From: the human T2T-CHM13v2.0 reference genome, Homo sapiens
Strand: one strand, 5' to 3'
DNA length: 64,000 nt
NCBI RefSeq assembly: GCF_009914755.1
Contig: NC_060940.1
Shown here: positions 13,152-26,696 of the stretch, piece after piece
How the letters are laid out: each line of letters begins with the position of its first letter
Position numbering within the stretch: the first letter of the stretch is position 1
Program-made: the position numbers and the translations under genes
The notes under the pieces: model-generated
Seen by the model: the letters and a program-made list of their open reading frames with translations, nothing else
What the model was told of the DNA's origin: nothing
Database searches by the model: none

Positions 13152-14450
13152 GGCATGTAGCAGTGACCTGCTGGTCCATCCATAGAGCCCACATTTTCAA
13201 TGTTCCCTGTTGGAGGTGCATTCTTGATAGCATCTAGTGAGAGCCCAGGTGTATGTGACATTCACACTAGTATCATTAGCGAGAGTGGAGAAGGACTCCG
13301 GGGTTGGGCTCCCGCTCTATAATGGATTTTCTTTCTCTGGGAAATGTCCGTGCTGGAAAGAAGGGGAAATAGTTTTTTATTTTATTTTGCTTTGTGAAAG
13401 AACCAATTGTCCATGACGTCAAATAAAGGTGAAATACATATTAAAATACTGTGGGTCTGCTAATATCAGTGAGATGAAAAAAATAAAAGCTCCCATAATG
13501 CCAGTCCATGCCTCTGAGATTTATAATCATATTACATTGCTTGTAGTTTGGTAACAACAACAACAAAAATATAAGTGTTTAAGTTTAAAATGTGATTCTA
13601 AGCAGTAATGTGTATTGTAAAAAATAAATAAATAAACAAACAAACAAACAAACAAATCTCTCAAGCAGAAATCGTGGGGCCAGATTCCATTCTGCATCCA
13701 TCTAACTCCATGCCGAGACATTATAGTCCCCTCAAGACTCAGTTCTTCCAACCATAAGATTTGGGGATGAGGCTTGGCACAGTCTAGAGACCACCCCAGC
13801 ATCTACATTGCTTCTCCTATTATGGTTTGTTTGCTGAGAATGTTCAATAGGATTTTTTAACTTGAAGAGTAAAGTGATGGATGAAGCCAGCTGAAAGCTT
13901 TGCAAACCCACCTTGCTTCTGTAACTTTTTAAAGCTCTAATGCTTACCAGTTGCAAAAAGGTGGCTGCCCACCATTGCTCCAGAAAGGGTAATATATTGA
14001 GCTGGGCTTGTTTTTCCCACACAGATGTAGGTAGGGTGGAAGCTGCTTTTAAGTCCCTGCCTCATCAGCAGCCCAAGCCCAGCCTTCAGCTCACTCTCAG
14101 AGATGGAGTGTATGATCTCCCTAGGTTATAGAAAGGTGACCCACACAGAGCCCAGCTAGGTGTGGATTGAATCATGGAGTAGATGGGTGTCAATACTGTT
14201 AGAAGGTCAGTTGGTCATTGGATGCTGCTGAGAGTGAAAGGTCCTACCCAATGCCAGTGCTCTCAGAAAGACCCACAGCAATGAAGTCTGGAGAGCTGGG
14301 GGCAGTGACTCAGCCCTACTTAGCCCTGGCCTTGGACAGCCCTTCCTTGAGAGATGGTTGGGTGGCATGGGCTGAAGGCTCTTTCCCCTCCATGGAAACA
14401 TTCCATGTCTTGCTTGTTTTCCCCCTTCTGAGTTCTACTTACCTCTGCCT

Positions 14451-14938
14451 CTGAATTAGTTTCCTATTGTTGCTATTATACATTAGCTCAAACTTACTGG
14501 CTTAAAACAACATAAATGTATTGCCTTGTAGTTCTGGAAGTCAGAAATCCAAAAGGGTTCTCAGTAGGCTAAATCAAGCTGTTGACAGGATTGCATTCCT
14601 TCTGACAATTTTTGGGGAAAATCTGTTTCCTTGCCTTTTCTAGCTTCTAGAGGCAACCTGTTTCCTTGGCTCATGGCCCCTTCCTCCATTTAAAAGCCAG
14701 CAGTGGCATCATTTTGACCTCTGCTTCTATCAACAGCCTCTGACCCCTCTGTCTTCCTCTTATAATAAAGATCCTGGTGATTACATGGGGCCCACTCAGA
14801 TAATCCAGGCTAATCTCCCCATCTCAACATCTTTGACTTAATCACATTTGCAAAGTCCCATTTCCATGTACAGTAACCTATTTACAGGTTGCAGGGATTC
14901 AAAGATGGACATCTTTGGGGGATCATTATTCTGCCAAC
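14451..14938 (-). mobile_element. MLT1C/D-like solo LTR
   Basis: TTAGTTTCCTATTGTTGCT...GGCTTAAAACAACA...GGACATCTTTGGGGGATCATTATTCTGCC. Confidence 0.8.
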
Positions 14939-15350
14939 TGGAGTAGCCCTCATCCCAGTCTTTTCTGTTTGTCACCTATCCCCAATCCTGGAAACTTCTA
15001 TTACTCTCGGAGAAAAAGAGATTTTATGGATCTTTTAGTCTTCCAAAAGCTCCAGGCTTCTGGTTTTTGATCTAAAAGCATTTTTCTCTGCTTTTTCTGC
15101 TCTGAAACCCTTCCCTGAGGCTACTGATGCCTCACAGTCTAAGTTTAAAAACAATGACAGGCAAATAATTACCGGGAACAGAAAGGGTGTGAATACATGC
15201 ATTACCATATTATCCCAACAAGAAAAAAGTCCATCAGTCAGTGACTCATATTGCCTACTTTTCATTTGCTTCTCTGCTGGAAAGAGAAGGAGATTGGGGT
15301 CTAGAAGTTCATGTTGACAGTTCTTGCAGCAGCCCAGGATACTTAAGTCA

Positions 15351-15473
15351 CAACCACTGCACAATGCCGCCTGCTTCACGCCAGACCATATGGTGAAAGC
15401 TTAAGATGCAATCATAAATAGTAGGGGGCTTTGCCTCAGAAAAAGCTGAAACCATAGTGGGCTAGCACTAATA

Positions 15474-15540
<67 letters not shown>

Positions 15541-15753
15541 CTATGTATATTTTAATGAGATACATGTTTCCAAATTTAAAAATACAAAAAGATATGCAAG
15601 TGAAGAAAGAGTAAGTCTTCCTTTAATTCTTATCTTCCAGTCCTAGTTAATTACCTTCCCATTAAATACAATACCTTTTTGCCCTTTCTAAAATAATAAA
15701 CACTTTCAAAGCAAATTGAACAGGTAAACAAGATTAAAAGGAGGTGTTTAATG
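15351..15753. repeat. Central member of a three-copy local duplication; contains (TG)n(TA)n at 15476-15536
   Basis: 15351-15612 matches 2028-2236 inverted; 15542-15753 matches 18198-18410 inverted. Confidence 0.95.
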
Positions 15754-16499
15754 TTCTGTCTTCATTATGCTCTATTTTATCAATGCTGAGCAAAGAATGA
15801 CCAAGCAGAAAGCCAGCTGCTATACTACTTGGTCAAGCCAAAGAAAAGCACAGGTAAGCCATCAAATTCAAGCCCAAAGGAATAAAAGATGAGGTCTGTT
15901 AATCAGGATATACTAACTGCTGTAACAAGTAATTCAGAAATCTTAGTTGCTAAACAAAATAAGTTTATTTTTCATAGCACATGTTCATCAGCAGAAGGAA
16001 GTGCTCCACACAGTCCTTCAGAAACTCAGGTGTCTTCCACATTGTAGCTTTTTCTTCCTCTAGGTCCTTTGGAATCCTCCTACTTTGGCAGCAGGTTTCC
16101 CCAGAGTATGTGGATGTTTACATGGAAGGAGTCTATAGGGAGGTCAAAACACAGTATGCATCATTTCTGCCCACTTTCTCTGGAACATATTTTAGTCTCA
16201 GGGACCTAGCTAACTGTAAGAAAGGCTGAAAAGTGGAATCTAGCTGTGTGCCCAGAAAGAAAATGTACGAGGATGAACACAGAAATTCATGGATCCTGTT
16301 GAGGAGCAAATCCTGTGAGAGCAAATAGCAGGTGAAAAGTTTAAATGGAGTCTATTGCTGAGGCTGCAGCTATGGGGAACACAAGCAAATTCTACACATG
16401 CTTTGTAATTTCCATCCTAGGTCCCATAGAATCAATTCTTCACACAGTGATAAGTTAAAAATGTGAATTTGACCATGTTTTTCTCCCAAGTTAGTACCC

Positions 16500-17130
16500 A
16501 GCTCACTAGTCTCTTATGCTTATATATTGTGGGTGTTCAATGGTATCAGCACTTTGGAAAACAGTTTGGCAATTACTTATTAATTAAACCTACACTTACC
16601 ATATTGCACAGCAATTCCACTCCTAGATATTTACCCAAAATAAATGAAAACATATGTTCATAAAAAGACCTATAGTGAAGGTTCTTAGCAGCAATATTCA
16701 TAAAAGCCCAAATCTCAAATACCTATCAACAAATACATGGAACAACAATTTTTGAAATATCTATGGCATAAAATACTCCTTAGAATAAAAAAGAACTCAA
16801 ACTGATATACACAACATGATGTATGTCAAAAACATTATGTTGAGTTTAAAAGAAGCCAGTACCAACAGGATATACACTGTATCATTTATCGGAATATCTA
16901 GAAAATGCAAACTAATCTATGGGGACAGAAAGCAGATCTGTGGTTGCCTAGGTGGAATGGGATTGACTGCAAAATGGTTCAGGGGGACATTCTGGAGTGA
17001 TGGAAATATTCTATATCTTGAGTGGTAGTTATGGAGGTGTGGTCATTTACCAAACTCATTAAACTATATGCTTAAAAGGGGAGCATTTTATTGTATGCAA
17101 ATTATGCCTCAATAAAGATGACTTTAAAAT
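16500..17130 (+). mobile_element. L1M (L1MD/ME-type) ORF2 end and 3' UTR
   Basis: CACTTTGGAAAACAGTTTGGCA, CAGCAATTCCACTCCTAG, AAATTATGCCTCAATAAAG. Confidence 0.75.
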
Positions 17131-17149
17131 ATTTTTTAACTCTCCTCAT

Positions 17150-18470
17150 TTTTTAAGTCTCATTCAGAATAAATTCCAAAGTCGTCACCACGGCTCCACA
17201 AATCCCTTTCCTCTCTTGCCCCTCTTCCCCTTGCTTCCCATGCCCAGACACACTGGCCTGCTCTTCCTCACACACACCACGCCTTCTCCCACATGCACTG
17301 ATGCTCCCAATTCCTTCTACGTGGACACCTAATTCCCTAGATGTCTTCCTGGCTCCTGGCCTTGCTGCACCCAGGTCTCTGCTCAAATGTGGCCTCCTCA
17401 GAGAACCTCCCCTGATCTCCCCTTTCCATCCCTCACAATATCTTTATTTTAATTTTCCTTCTTGTAGCTGATCATTACCTGAAATTATGCCGTAAGTCAT
17501 TTATTGCTGGAAAGGAAGTTTTGAGGGCAGGAATTTTGCTCAGCCATCTCCATAGAGTCAACGCCTATTATAGTGCCTAGTATGCAATAGCTTCTTAGCA
17601 AACGTGTGTTTAATTTACAAGAATATATTTGTGTGTCTGTATACATATATCTATAGACACATACACATATATATACACACACGTATTAATATATACACAC
17701 ATATATCCACAGGTACATATTACATAAAGCACTAAATGCTATGAAGAAAAATAAAGCAGGGTGTGAACATAGGGAGTGATGTGTGTGTGTGTAAAGGGGG
17801 ATATTTTGGATGGTGTAGTCAATGAAAATATCTCCAAGAAGGTGAGTTTTGAACACATACATAAATATAATGAGGGAGCAAATTATGCAGATAGCTGAGT
17901 GAGAGCATTCTGGCAGAGGGAACAGCAGGGGCAAAGGCCCTGGGGTTGCCACTTGCCTGAGGTATACAGTAACAATAGTGAGACCAGTGTGTCTGGAAAA
18001 CACAAGATGCAACACCCCCCCATCCATAGTAATATTTTCTACCACTGCATCCGATTCCTTTCCACTGTCACACTTTTGACCATTTGAAATTATACACATA
18101 TTTAAAGTTATGGATTGCTTGTCTCTTCCCCAAGACTGTAAGTTCCATGAAGGAAACCCCATGTCCATTTTATTCAACAGGATATATCTGCACCTATCAT
18201 TAAACACCTCCTTTTAATCTTGTTTACCTGCTTCATTTGCTTTGAAAGTGTTTATTATTTTAGAAAGGGCAAAAAGGTATTGTATTTAATGGGAAAGTAA
18301 TTAACTAGGACCAGAAGATAAGAATGAAAGGAAGGCTTATTCTTTCTTCACTTGTATATTCTTTTGTATTTTTAAAATTTTGAAACATGTATTTCTTTAA
18401 AATATACATATGTACAGCTCCTGGAACAGAGTAGGTGCAAACTGAAGCATGTATTGAAGGCATCAATTAT
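17150..18470. mobile_element. L2 fragments (+ 17150-17610, - 17720-18000, + 18060-18470)
   Basis: L2 3' motifs in both orientations; the last piece is split by the 18198-18414 insertion. Confidence 0.65.
18198..18414. repeat. Inverted copy of 15542-15753 inserted into an L2 tail
   Basis: About 16 differences in ~213 nt by hand alignment; flanks rejoin as CACCTATCA|CAGCTCCTGGAACAGAGTAGGTGC, matching the L2 3' consensus. Confidence 0.95.
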
Positions 18471-19879
18471 GTAATGAAAGAATGAGAGGCAGAGAAGAGG
18501 AGAAAAGCACCAAGTTGGCCCTGGGCAAGGAACTCTCAGATTCAAGGCTCCAAATGAGAATACTGGTGTTATGCTGGAGGCAGGGTCAATTTGAAATCTT
18601 GTGACAGAGGGGGCAGTAGGAATCAGGCAACCTCCTGGTTTTGTCAGACAGTTTGGGTAGATGGCAAACAAATCCACTTCCCTCTCATCTCAGAAGCATG
18701 GCTTCTGTGGACACCACGGGTTCTGCTGTTCACCTGATCTTATTTGGTTACACGGGGGACAGCTGAGAAGATTTTTAAAGTAATTTATGAATCCTTGATG
18801 CATTTTTCTGAGAGACAAATACACCATCCTACTTCTGACACCTGTATTCCTAGCACTAGAACTTTCTTACCTGAAGAATTATTTTCCTGATGGCCAAAAA
18901 GTAACAGTGTGTTACTATAAAACATACAGACACAGACAGACAGACACACATATCACCCATAATTCACCAAACACATATATCACCCATAATTCACCAATTG
19001 AAAGACAACCATCATTTATATTTTGTTGTATTCTAGTCCAGCTTTTTGGTATATTGAAAATGCATAATTTTTTAGCAATGTAAACATCATACTATAAATG
19101 CTATTTTGTAACAAGTTTAAATACAGCAACTAATTTTAATGATTTCTCTTGTCATTGAGTAGTCCACTAAAACTCAAATTTTGAGGCTACTTTGAAAGGA
19201 GGTACTGTAATTTTATCTCACCCTGGTATTGAGCATTAAGATTTTTTATGGTTGTTGTTGTGCTTATACAGAGCTGCAAGAGAAGTCTATGTGCGTATCT
19301 TTTTTGTCACCATCTGTGAATTTCTCACCTGGGGATATGTTCTGAGAGATTTGCTGGATGAGAGGAGGAGAAGAATTATATGTGTCGTTGATGTGCTGCC
19401 ATTTTATCCTCCAGAAATGCTGGATCCCCCTTCCACCAAGTGTGCATAAATTTCTCCTACGTCCAAATCTTTTGCAAATGTATTACCTTTTTATTTCTTA
19501 ATTACTTACACCAGGGCTAGTCATTGAATGATTTATTTGTTAACCAACATTGTCATTTTTATCGACACGATGCATGAATGAGAAGACAGATGAGAAGAGT
19601 CAACGACAAAAAAGCTAACATCTCCCACCCCACTCTTCTGCATCCCAAGTTCAATGACCCATGGATGCCTCTTAAATCATCAAGATTTTATTTCTTCTGA
19701 TGATTACTTCCATACAATGGGATGATATACAGCACTTCTATTTATTAGAAAATAGTTATCCTCTCCTCGATACTAAATGGTACTGCTTATATCATTTACG
19801 ATACATCATCTTCTTCCCCTCCGGTGCTTCCTATATTTCATAGTTATATATTCCTTCTTATTCTTCTGTTGGCCACATT

Positions 19880-21350
19880 TTTGAAATTTTTGCTGTGAAA
19901 TAATCCCAAATTTACAGAAAAGTTATAGACCCACTAAAGGAATGTCTGTATATTCTTCACCCAGATTCCCCAAACAACATTCTCATTCTTTCTAACAATA
20001 TAAATTTAAACATGCATATAGATACAGATGAGGATATATATATACTAATAAATAATAGTTATATATATACTAATAATTTAAAGTTATGTATATGTAAAGT
20101 TATATATAAATATAATTTAAAGTTATATATGTAGTAAGAAATAATAGTTTATATATATATATATATAAACTATTATTCTGAAGTGTTTGAATTGAGTTGC
20201 AAATACGATGCTCCATTACTTCTAAACACATCTGTGTGTACTTCATGAGAATCAGGACATGCTCTTATACAACCACAGTACAATGATCAAAATCAAGAAA
20301 TTACATTGACACAATACTCTTATCTAATCTACAGCCCTTATTCAAACCTTTCCAATTGCCCACTACTGTCTTTTATACTACAACCAAAAAAATAATTAGC
20401 TGTCTTTTAAATTTTGAATGTTAAATACAGATCACCATCTCCAGGTTCATTTGCTTTATTCATGTCATCTTTTATATCCCTTAATAAATGTAGTACATTT
20501 CTTATTGTAGGTCTCGTATAATGCTGGTTAAGTGTATTCCTAGACATTTTAATTTGTTTTTGCTGATATTATTGTAAATGGTATCTATTAATTTTTCATA
20601 ATGTACCTTACTGAACTCTTAATATTAGTTCAAAGTCTGTTTTACCCAATTTTCTAAGTAGACAGCCATATTATCTGCAAATAATAATTATTGCATTGCT
20701 TCCTGTCTAAAAATTTAACTTATTCCTTTATCTGTCCTTCTGCACTGGCCATAATGTCCAGACTATAAACTGTTCTTATTTATTTTCTCAATTTTTAAAT
20801 TTAGAATGACTACAGAATCACAGGAAATTGCAAAGAACTGTACAAGGATGCCCTGTGCATACTTGACCTTGCCTTGCCCACATTGCCGTCTTCCCTAACT
20901 GTAGGACAGTAACAAAATCAGGAAATCAGCATTGGCATAATCCATAGAGTTAGGCATATTTTACCATTAACACATGCACTCACACACACATGTGAATATG
21001 TGTGTGTGTGGCTCTATGCATAGACGGAGTCTTACTCTGTCGACCAGGCTGGAGTACAATGGTGTGATCTCGGCTCACTGCAACCTCTGCCCCCGCATTT
21101 CAAGTGATTCTCCTGCCTCAGCCTCCTGAGTAGCTGTGATTACAGGCGCCTGCCACCAAGCCCAGCTAATTTTTGTATTTTTAGTAGAGACGGGACTTCA
21201 CCATACTGGTCAGTCTGGTCTCAAACTCCTGACCTCAGGTGATCCACCCACCTCAGCCTCCCAAAGTGCTGGGTTTACAGGTGTGAGCCACTGCACCCGG
21301 CAGGTTCTATGCAATTTTATGTGTGTAGCTTCATATGACTAACTCTGTAA
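19880..21350 (-). mobile_element. Old L1M 3' fragments
   Basis: AAATTTACAGAAAAGTTATAG, AACCACAGTACAATGATCAAAATCAAGAAATT, CAAAATCAGGAAAT motifs. Confidence 0.55.
21022..21301 (-). mobile_element. AluSx-like lacking a poly(A) tail
   Basis: Antisense Alu starts directly at AGACGGAGTC; flanking GG(C/T)TCTATGCA repeats. Confidence 0.9.
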
Positions 21351-22177
21351 TCCATTTTCTTTTTTAAATAAAGAAAAGGAAAGCAGAAATTAAGCCAGAG
21401 ACCCTTCCAAAGATATATCAAAACATCTTATGAGGTGTACAACCAGCCCCAGAAATTTAGAAAATCTTGAGTTAAATACGTGCAGTTTTTTGATAAGTAA
21501 ATTTTTTCCTAAATTAATGCAAACTTATGAATAAACTCATCCAGCCACAGTCTAAGACATAAAAAGCAAAATAATGCCATCTTATCAACAATGCAAATTA
21601 ACGTGTAGAATTGGGTCAATTTTACTGAGCAATTTCCAAGGAAAGAAAAGCAAGAAGTAAAGGGCATTTGGGAGAGCTTCCTCTGAACTAAGGAAGATGA
21701 ATTGTTATTTCCACTTCTGCTATGGGTTTCTCATTCTTACTCATCAGTCCTGTCTCTCGTTCTCCCAGCTTTTTCATCCTAATCTTCCAATCCTGTGAGA
21801 CAGTATGTAAAAGACACAGAGTCACCTATGAAACATTCTGGGCAAAAAATGTTTAAGTTTTTAATTTTAATTTTCAGTTTCTAAGAAATACAAAGAATAG
21901 AGGAACAAGTTAAAGACTCCCACAAGGAAGTATGTAGAGAAATCCAAAATGTAGTTCATGTTATAAGATAAGAGGGAGAGATGCTGTTCCAGATTAAAAG
22001 GAAAATAAAAACCAAATGGGAACTGTCACAGCTAAGAGGAGTCTAAGGGGACATGATGACTAAATGTAATGTAGGATCCTGGGTAAGACCACAGGACAGA
22101 AAAAGGACATTAGGTAAAAACCAACAAAATCTAAATGAAAAATTGACTTTAGCCAATAATAATGCATGAATGCATCA

Positions 22178-22565
<388 letters not shown>

Positions 22566-23449
22566 AGGGGAAACTGGGTATGTGGTATATGAGACCTCTT
22601 ATGCTATCAATTATTTCTGTAACTCTAAAACTATTCTAAAATAAAAAGGTTATTCAAGAACAAATGTAGATACTTGGAAGATTTTTTTAACGTGAACTGG
22701 ATGTTAAATAATATTAGAGCATAGGTATTATTAGATGGGAAAAATATGTTGAGTTATAAGGATAATGCCCTTACTTTTTGGCAATTTGTGCTGTAAGTAT
22801 TTAAGGATAAAGTGGCTTGGTATATGAACTTACTTTAAAATGATTCAGCCCAACTCCTGGGGAATGACTGTCTGTGAAAACCTATTAGGTTAAAAGCTGT
22901 CAGGGACTTTACAATGGGTAGATTAAATGATGCAACACCGGAACCTACTTAATATCACAAAAGGAGACAACCAGACATTATGACCCTCCTAATGGAACCA
23001 CACGGACGCTGCTTATAAAATACTCTGGCCCAAAATCAGATGTGGATCTGATGAAGGCTCATTAGCTAAATCCCAGTTTACAGGAGATAAAAGGAAAGGA
23101 ATAACATGTTAAATAGCACCAAAAGTCTAACTCTGCAAAATTTCAAAAGTGGGGAAATTGTACAGGAGAAACAATGCAGATTTTTCAACAAATATATTGC
23201 ACTAGGGGAAACAAAATAATAACAAACAGAAAAACAAGAAGACAAAACCCAGGGACTTAAACAATTATCAACCAAATTCACTGTGGAGATTTTTGTTTTA
23301 ATCCCCATTATAAGACAGCAATTATAAAAACAAAAGAGAGAGAGAGAGGGAGAGGAAGAGCAGGAATCAAGAAATTTACACACTGACTAGGTATTTGGTG
23401 ATATTCAGAAAGTGTTCATTATTTCAGATGTGAAAGTGACATTATGATT

Positions 23450-23471
23450 ATATAAATAAATAAATAAATAA

Positions 23472-23557
<86 letters not shown>

Positions 23558-23822
23558 TCTCGCTCTGTCCCCCAGGCTGGAGTGCAGTGGCTGGAACTCG
23601 GCTTACTGCAAGCTCCGCCTCCCTGGTTCATGCCATTCTCCTGCCTCCAATTAGCTGGAACTACAGGCACCTGCCACCATGCTTGGCTAATTTTTTGTAT
23701 TTTTAGTAGAGATGAGGTTTCACTGTGTTAGCCAGGATGGTCTTGATCTCCTGACCTCCTGATCTGCCCTCCTCAGCCTCCCAGAGTGCTGGAATTACAG
23801 GCGTGAGTCACCACGCCTGGTC
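23450..23822 (-). mobile_element. AluY/Sc-like with compound (TAAA)n(TA)n(GA)n tail
   Basis: CTGCAAGCTCCGCCTCC and GTTAGCCAGGATGGTC diagnostics; compound microsatellite 23450-23548. Confidence 0.9.
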
Positions 23823-25173
23823 ATGATTGTATTTTTAAAAGAGTCCTTATCATTCAGAGAGACAGACTGAAATATTTACAGATAAATATCTGGGATTTGC
23901 TTCAGAAAGAATCCAGAGCTGGGGAAGAATAGGCATGGAATGACTGAGAGAACAAATGAAATGAGATTGTCCACACATTGAAGATATTGAAGCTGGAATG
24001 GATCCACTTTACCAGTCTCTCTGCTTTAATATATAGTTGATATTTTACAAAATAAAATGCTTAAACAATGGCTAAGCAAATAAAAATATGGGCCAAATAA
24101 AAGCTAAACATTAAAAAGTTGTTGAATCCAGTTGTTCAATTATAGGTATACCATATTCAATAGTACTATCCTTTCTAATTTTCTGCATGTTTGATAATTT
24201 TCATAAAATATTAAAATGAATGACTGCATGACTGAATAAATAAAATAATGCAAAATTCAGGAAAGCAGCATCCTGCAGAGAGAAGGGGCAAGATGGAATT
24301 AGAAAGAAACACACAAAGCTACTAAGCTATAGCTAAAATTATATTTCTTATAAACGATGGTGAACTCACAGATGTTCATTTTATTAATGGCTCATAAACT
24401 ATGAATGCATGCTCTATTCAACTTTATGTATGACACAAAAAGAAATGACAAGAGTCATCTTTTTTTTAAGGTTATAGATGCTTTGAGATCCTCTCTGCAA
24501 AATCTTTGCCTTGGCACTTGGCTCCTGGGGAGTCTCATTTATGTGTCCCACCATAAATCATGGCTAGCTTAGAGACTAGAAGTGGGAACTGACCACATCT
24601 CTACCTGCTTTCCTGGAAGAAGATGAAGCAGAGTTATCAGCCGTGGGAGTCAAAGAGAACTAACTAAAGAAAGGAATAAATATCACAGACATGTCAAACT
24701 CCAGTTTGTGATTTGTCCTTCCTTCTTTTCTTTCTTCCTTCCTCCCCTTTCCCTCTTTTTCTCTTTCTCTCCTCTTTCTTCTAAGATGAAGTTAAATTTT
24801 AAAAGTCTCCACTAGCTTTCCATCCTCCTAAGAGAAAAGGTTCAACCCTTATTCATTTCGAGGTATTTGACAAGAACAAGGCTTTCATATAAAGTGTTAA
24901 AATAACCTGCGAGCAGGGTAGCCCCTCTTGGGGTGCTTAAGTAGAAACGATTTGACCCAGAGAATGTGACCCACCAGGAGGTTGAAGTAGGTCAGCCATA
25001 GAGGAGACAGCAAGGGACAGAGAGACACAGGACGTCAGAGAGCCAGATAGCTCTGTCTCACGATATAAATGAGTGCCTGCCAGAATGACGTTTCTTTAGG
25101 CTTGCTGTGTGACTTCTGACCAGTAACTACTCCTCTCTAAGCAGCAATTTTCACTCCAGTAAAATGGACTTAG

Positions 25174-25510
25174 TCAGTGGCTGCCAACTGCAGGGGCCAG
25201 GTAGAGAAAGTAAAGGAGCAAAGTGAGCTAGGGCTGGGGGTGAGGGAGGGAAGGGGTCTGAACTAGAGAACAGTATGTGCACCTGATCTAACTGAAAGTC
25301 AGGACTCAGCTCCAGGTGGGAATGAAGCCCCCCCTTTTAGTCAGAGCACCCATTTCTTTCTGAACAACATGAAAGTCTGATATTTGAAAGTGCAGTCTCC
25401 CTATTTTCAAATGCTGACAATAAATTCAATCTAAAAAGGAAAGAGAAGCAACAATCAAAGAAAAAGCAACCATAAACCCATTGTGCAGCTCCGAACTAAA
25501 GTTATCTGGG
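25174..25510. mobile_element. MER102-like hAT MITE within a MIR
   Basis: CAGTGGCTGCCAACT...CAGGGGCCAGG start; MIR pieces on both sides. Confidence 0.45.
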
Positions 25511-25529
25511 AGTTGAAGGTGGGATAGTA

Positions 25530-25586
25530 TCTTCAAATACCATCTAATACAGAGATTAGATCTCTGTATTAGATGGTATCTGAAGA
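25530..25586. repeat. Near-perfect palindrome (27-bp arms, 3-nt spacer, 1 mismatch)
   Basis: TCTTCAAATACCATCTAATACAGAGAT-TAG-ATCTCTGTATTAGATGGTATCTGAAGA. Confidence 0.97.
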
Positions 25587-26696
25587 ACCTCTGAAGTGTT
25601 AACAGTCTATGTTAAAAGTCTGACTTAGGGGTTAGGAAGATATACTTCAGATTCAGAAAGAACTGTGTTCAAGCCCATTTCAAGCTCTTTCTCTTTCTGC
25701 ATCTGTGATATTGGGCAAGTTTCTTAACCTCTCTTAGTTTCAGCATCCTCCCCTGATATTGTGCATCTGCAAGTTCAGAATGAGAAACCCCCAGCCCTAG
25801 CTCACTTTGCACAAAATGTAACCCCCCGTGCCTACCACAGTCCTCAATAAATGACAATCATCATAATTCTCTACCTTCACCAGTATATGATAGCTGCATA
25901 CTTTTACATCCGGATGACTCGAAGCAAATAAATAATTGGATGAACTTCTGGTTGCTTGGGTTTCCCAGGAACACAGCAGGAAATTCCACTGGGGAAGCAT
26001 CAGACAAGACACCGATGACGCAGAAAGGCTTCATGTCAGCCACTGCAGGCAACGGGCTGCTCTTGAGTTCATCTCCTGGATCTCTAAGTCTGGGGACCTT
26101 GTGGGTAAAAAATGAAACTGATGCCCACAACTAAACTAAGATTAAATCAAAAGCAATTCAATATTTTATTTTGAAAGCTGTGTTTTAAGTATTTCTTTCT
26201 TGTGTAGTAATTTTAGATTTATCAAATGGCTTTAAAGATAGTACGGGAGGTTCCTATATACCCTCGCCAAGTTTTCCCAGTTAAAAAAATTTTTAAGGAG
26301 AAACGATTTGACCCAGAGAATTTTACTTGAGATGGGATCTCACTATGTTGCCCAGGCTGGTCTCTAACTCCTGAGCTCAAGTATTCCTCCCACCTCAGCC
26401 ACCCAAAGTGCTGGGATTTGTTAACACAAACTAAATATGGACTCTGTACTTCTATATTTGAGTCCTTGTGGACAAACTGCAACCTAACTTAATAGGTAGA
26501 CAAAATTGAAAACCGAACATAGGAGTACACACCTGTAACAACAGCTGAGTCGTGGCCAATCCCAGGAGCTATACTTCAACCACTCATACACCGATGAGTG
26601 TTGAAGCTGTGTTCAAATGAGGCAAACGCCAACCTGTAACCAATCCAGCTGTTCTGTACCTCACTTCTGATTTGTGTACATCATTTCCCCCCACTT

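Noticed and set aside
25969-26104. Plus-strand exon-like ORF; also isolated acceptors at 9162 and 36720
   Set aside because: Weak or missing partner splice sites and unrecognised peptides; compatible with chance
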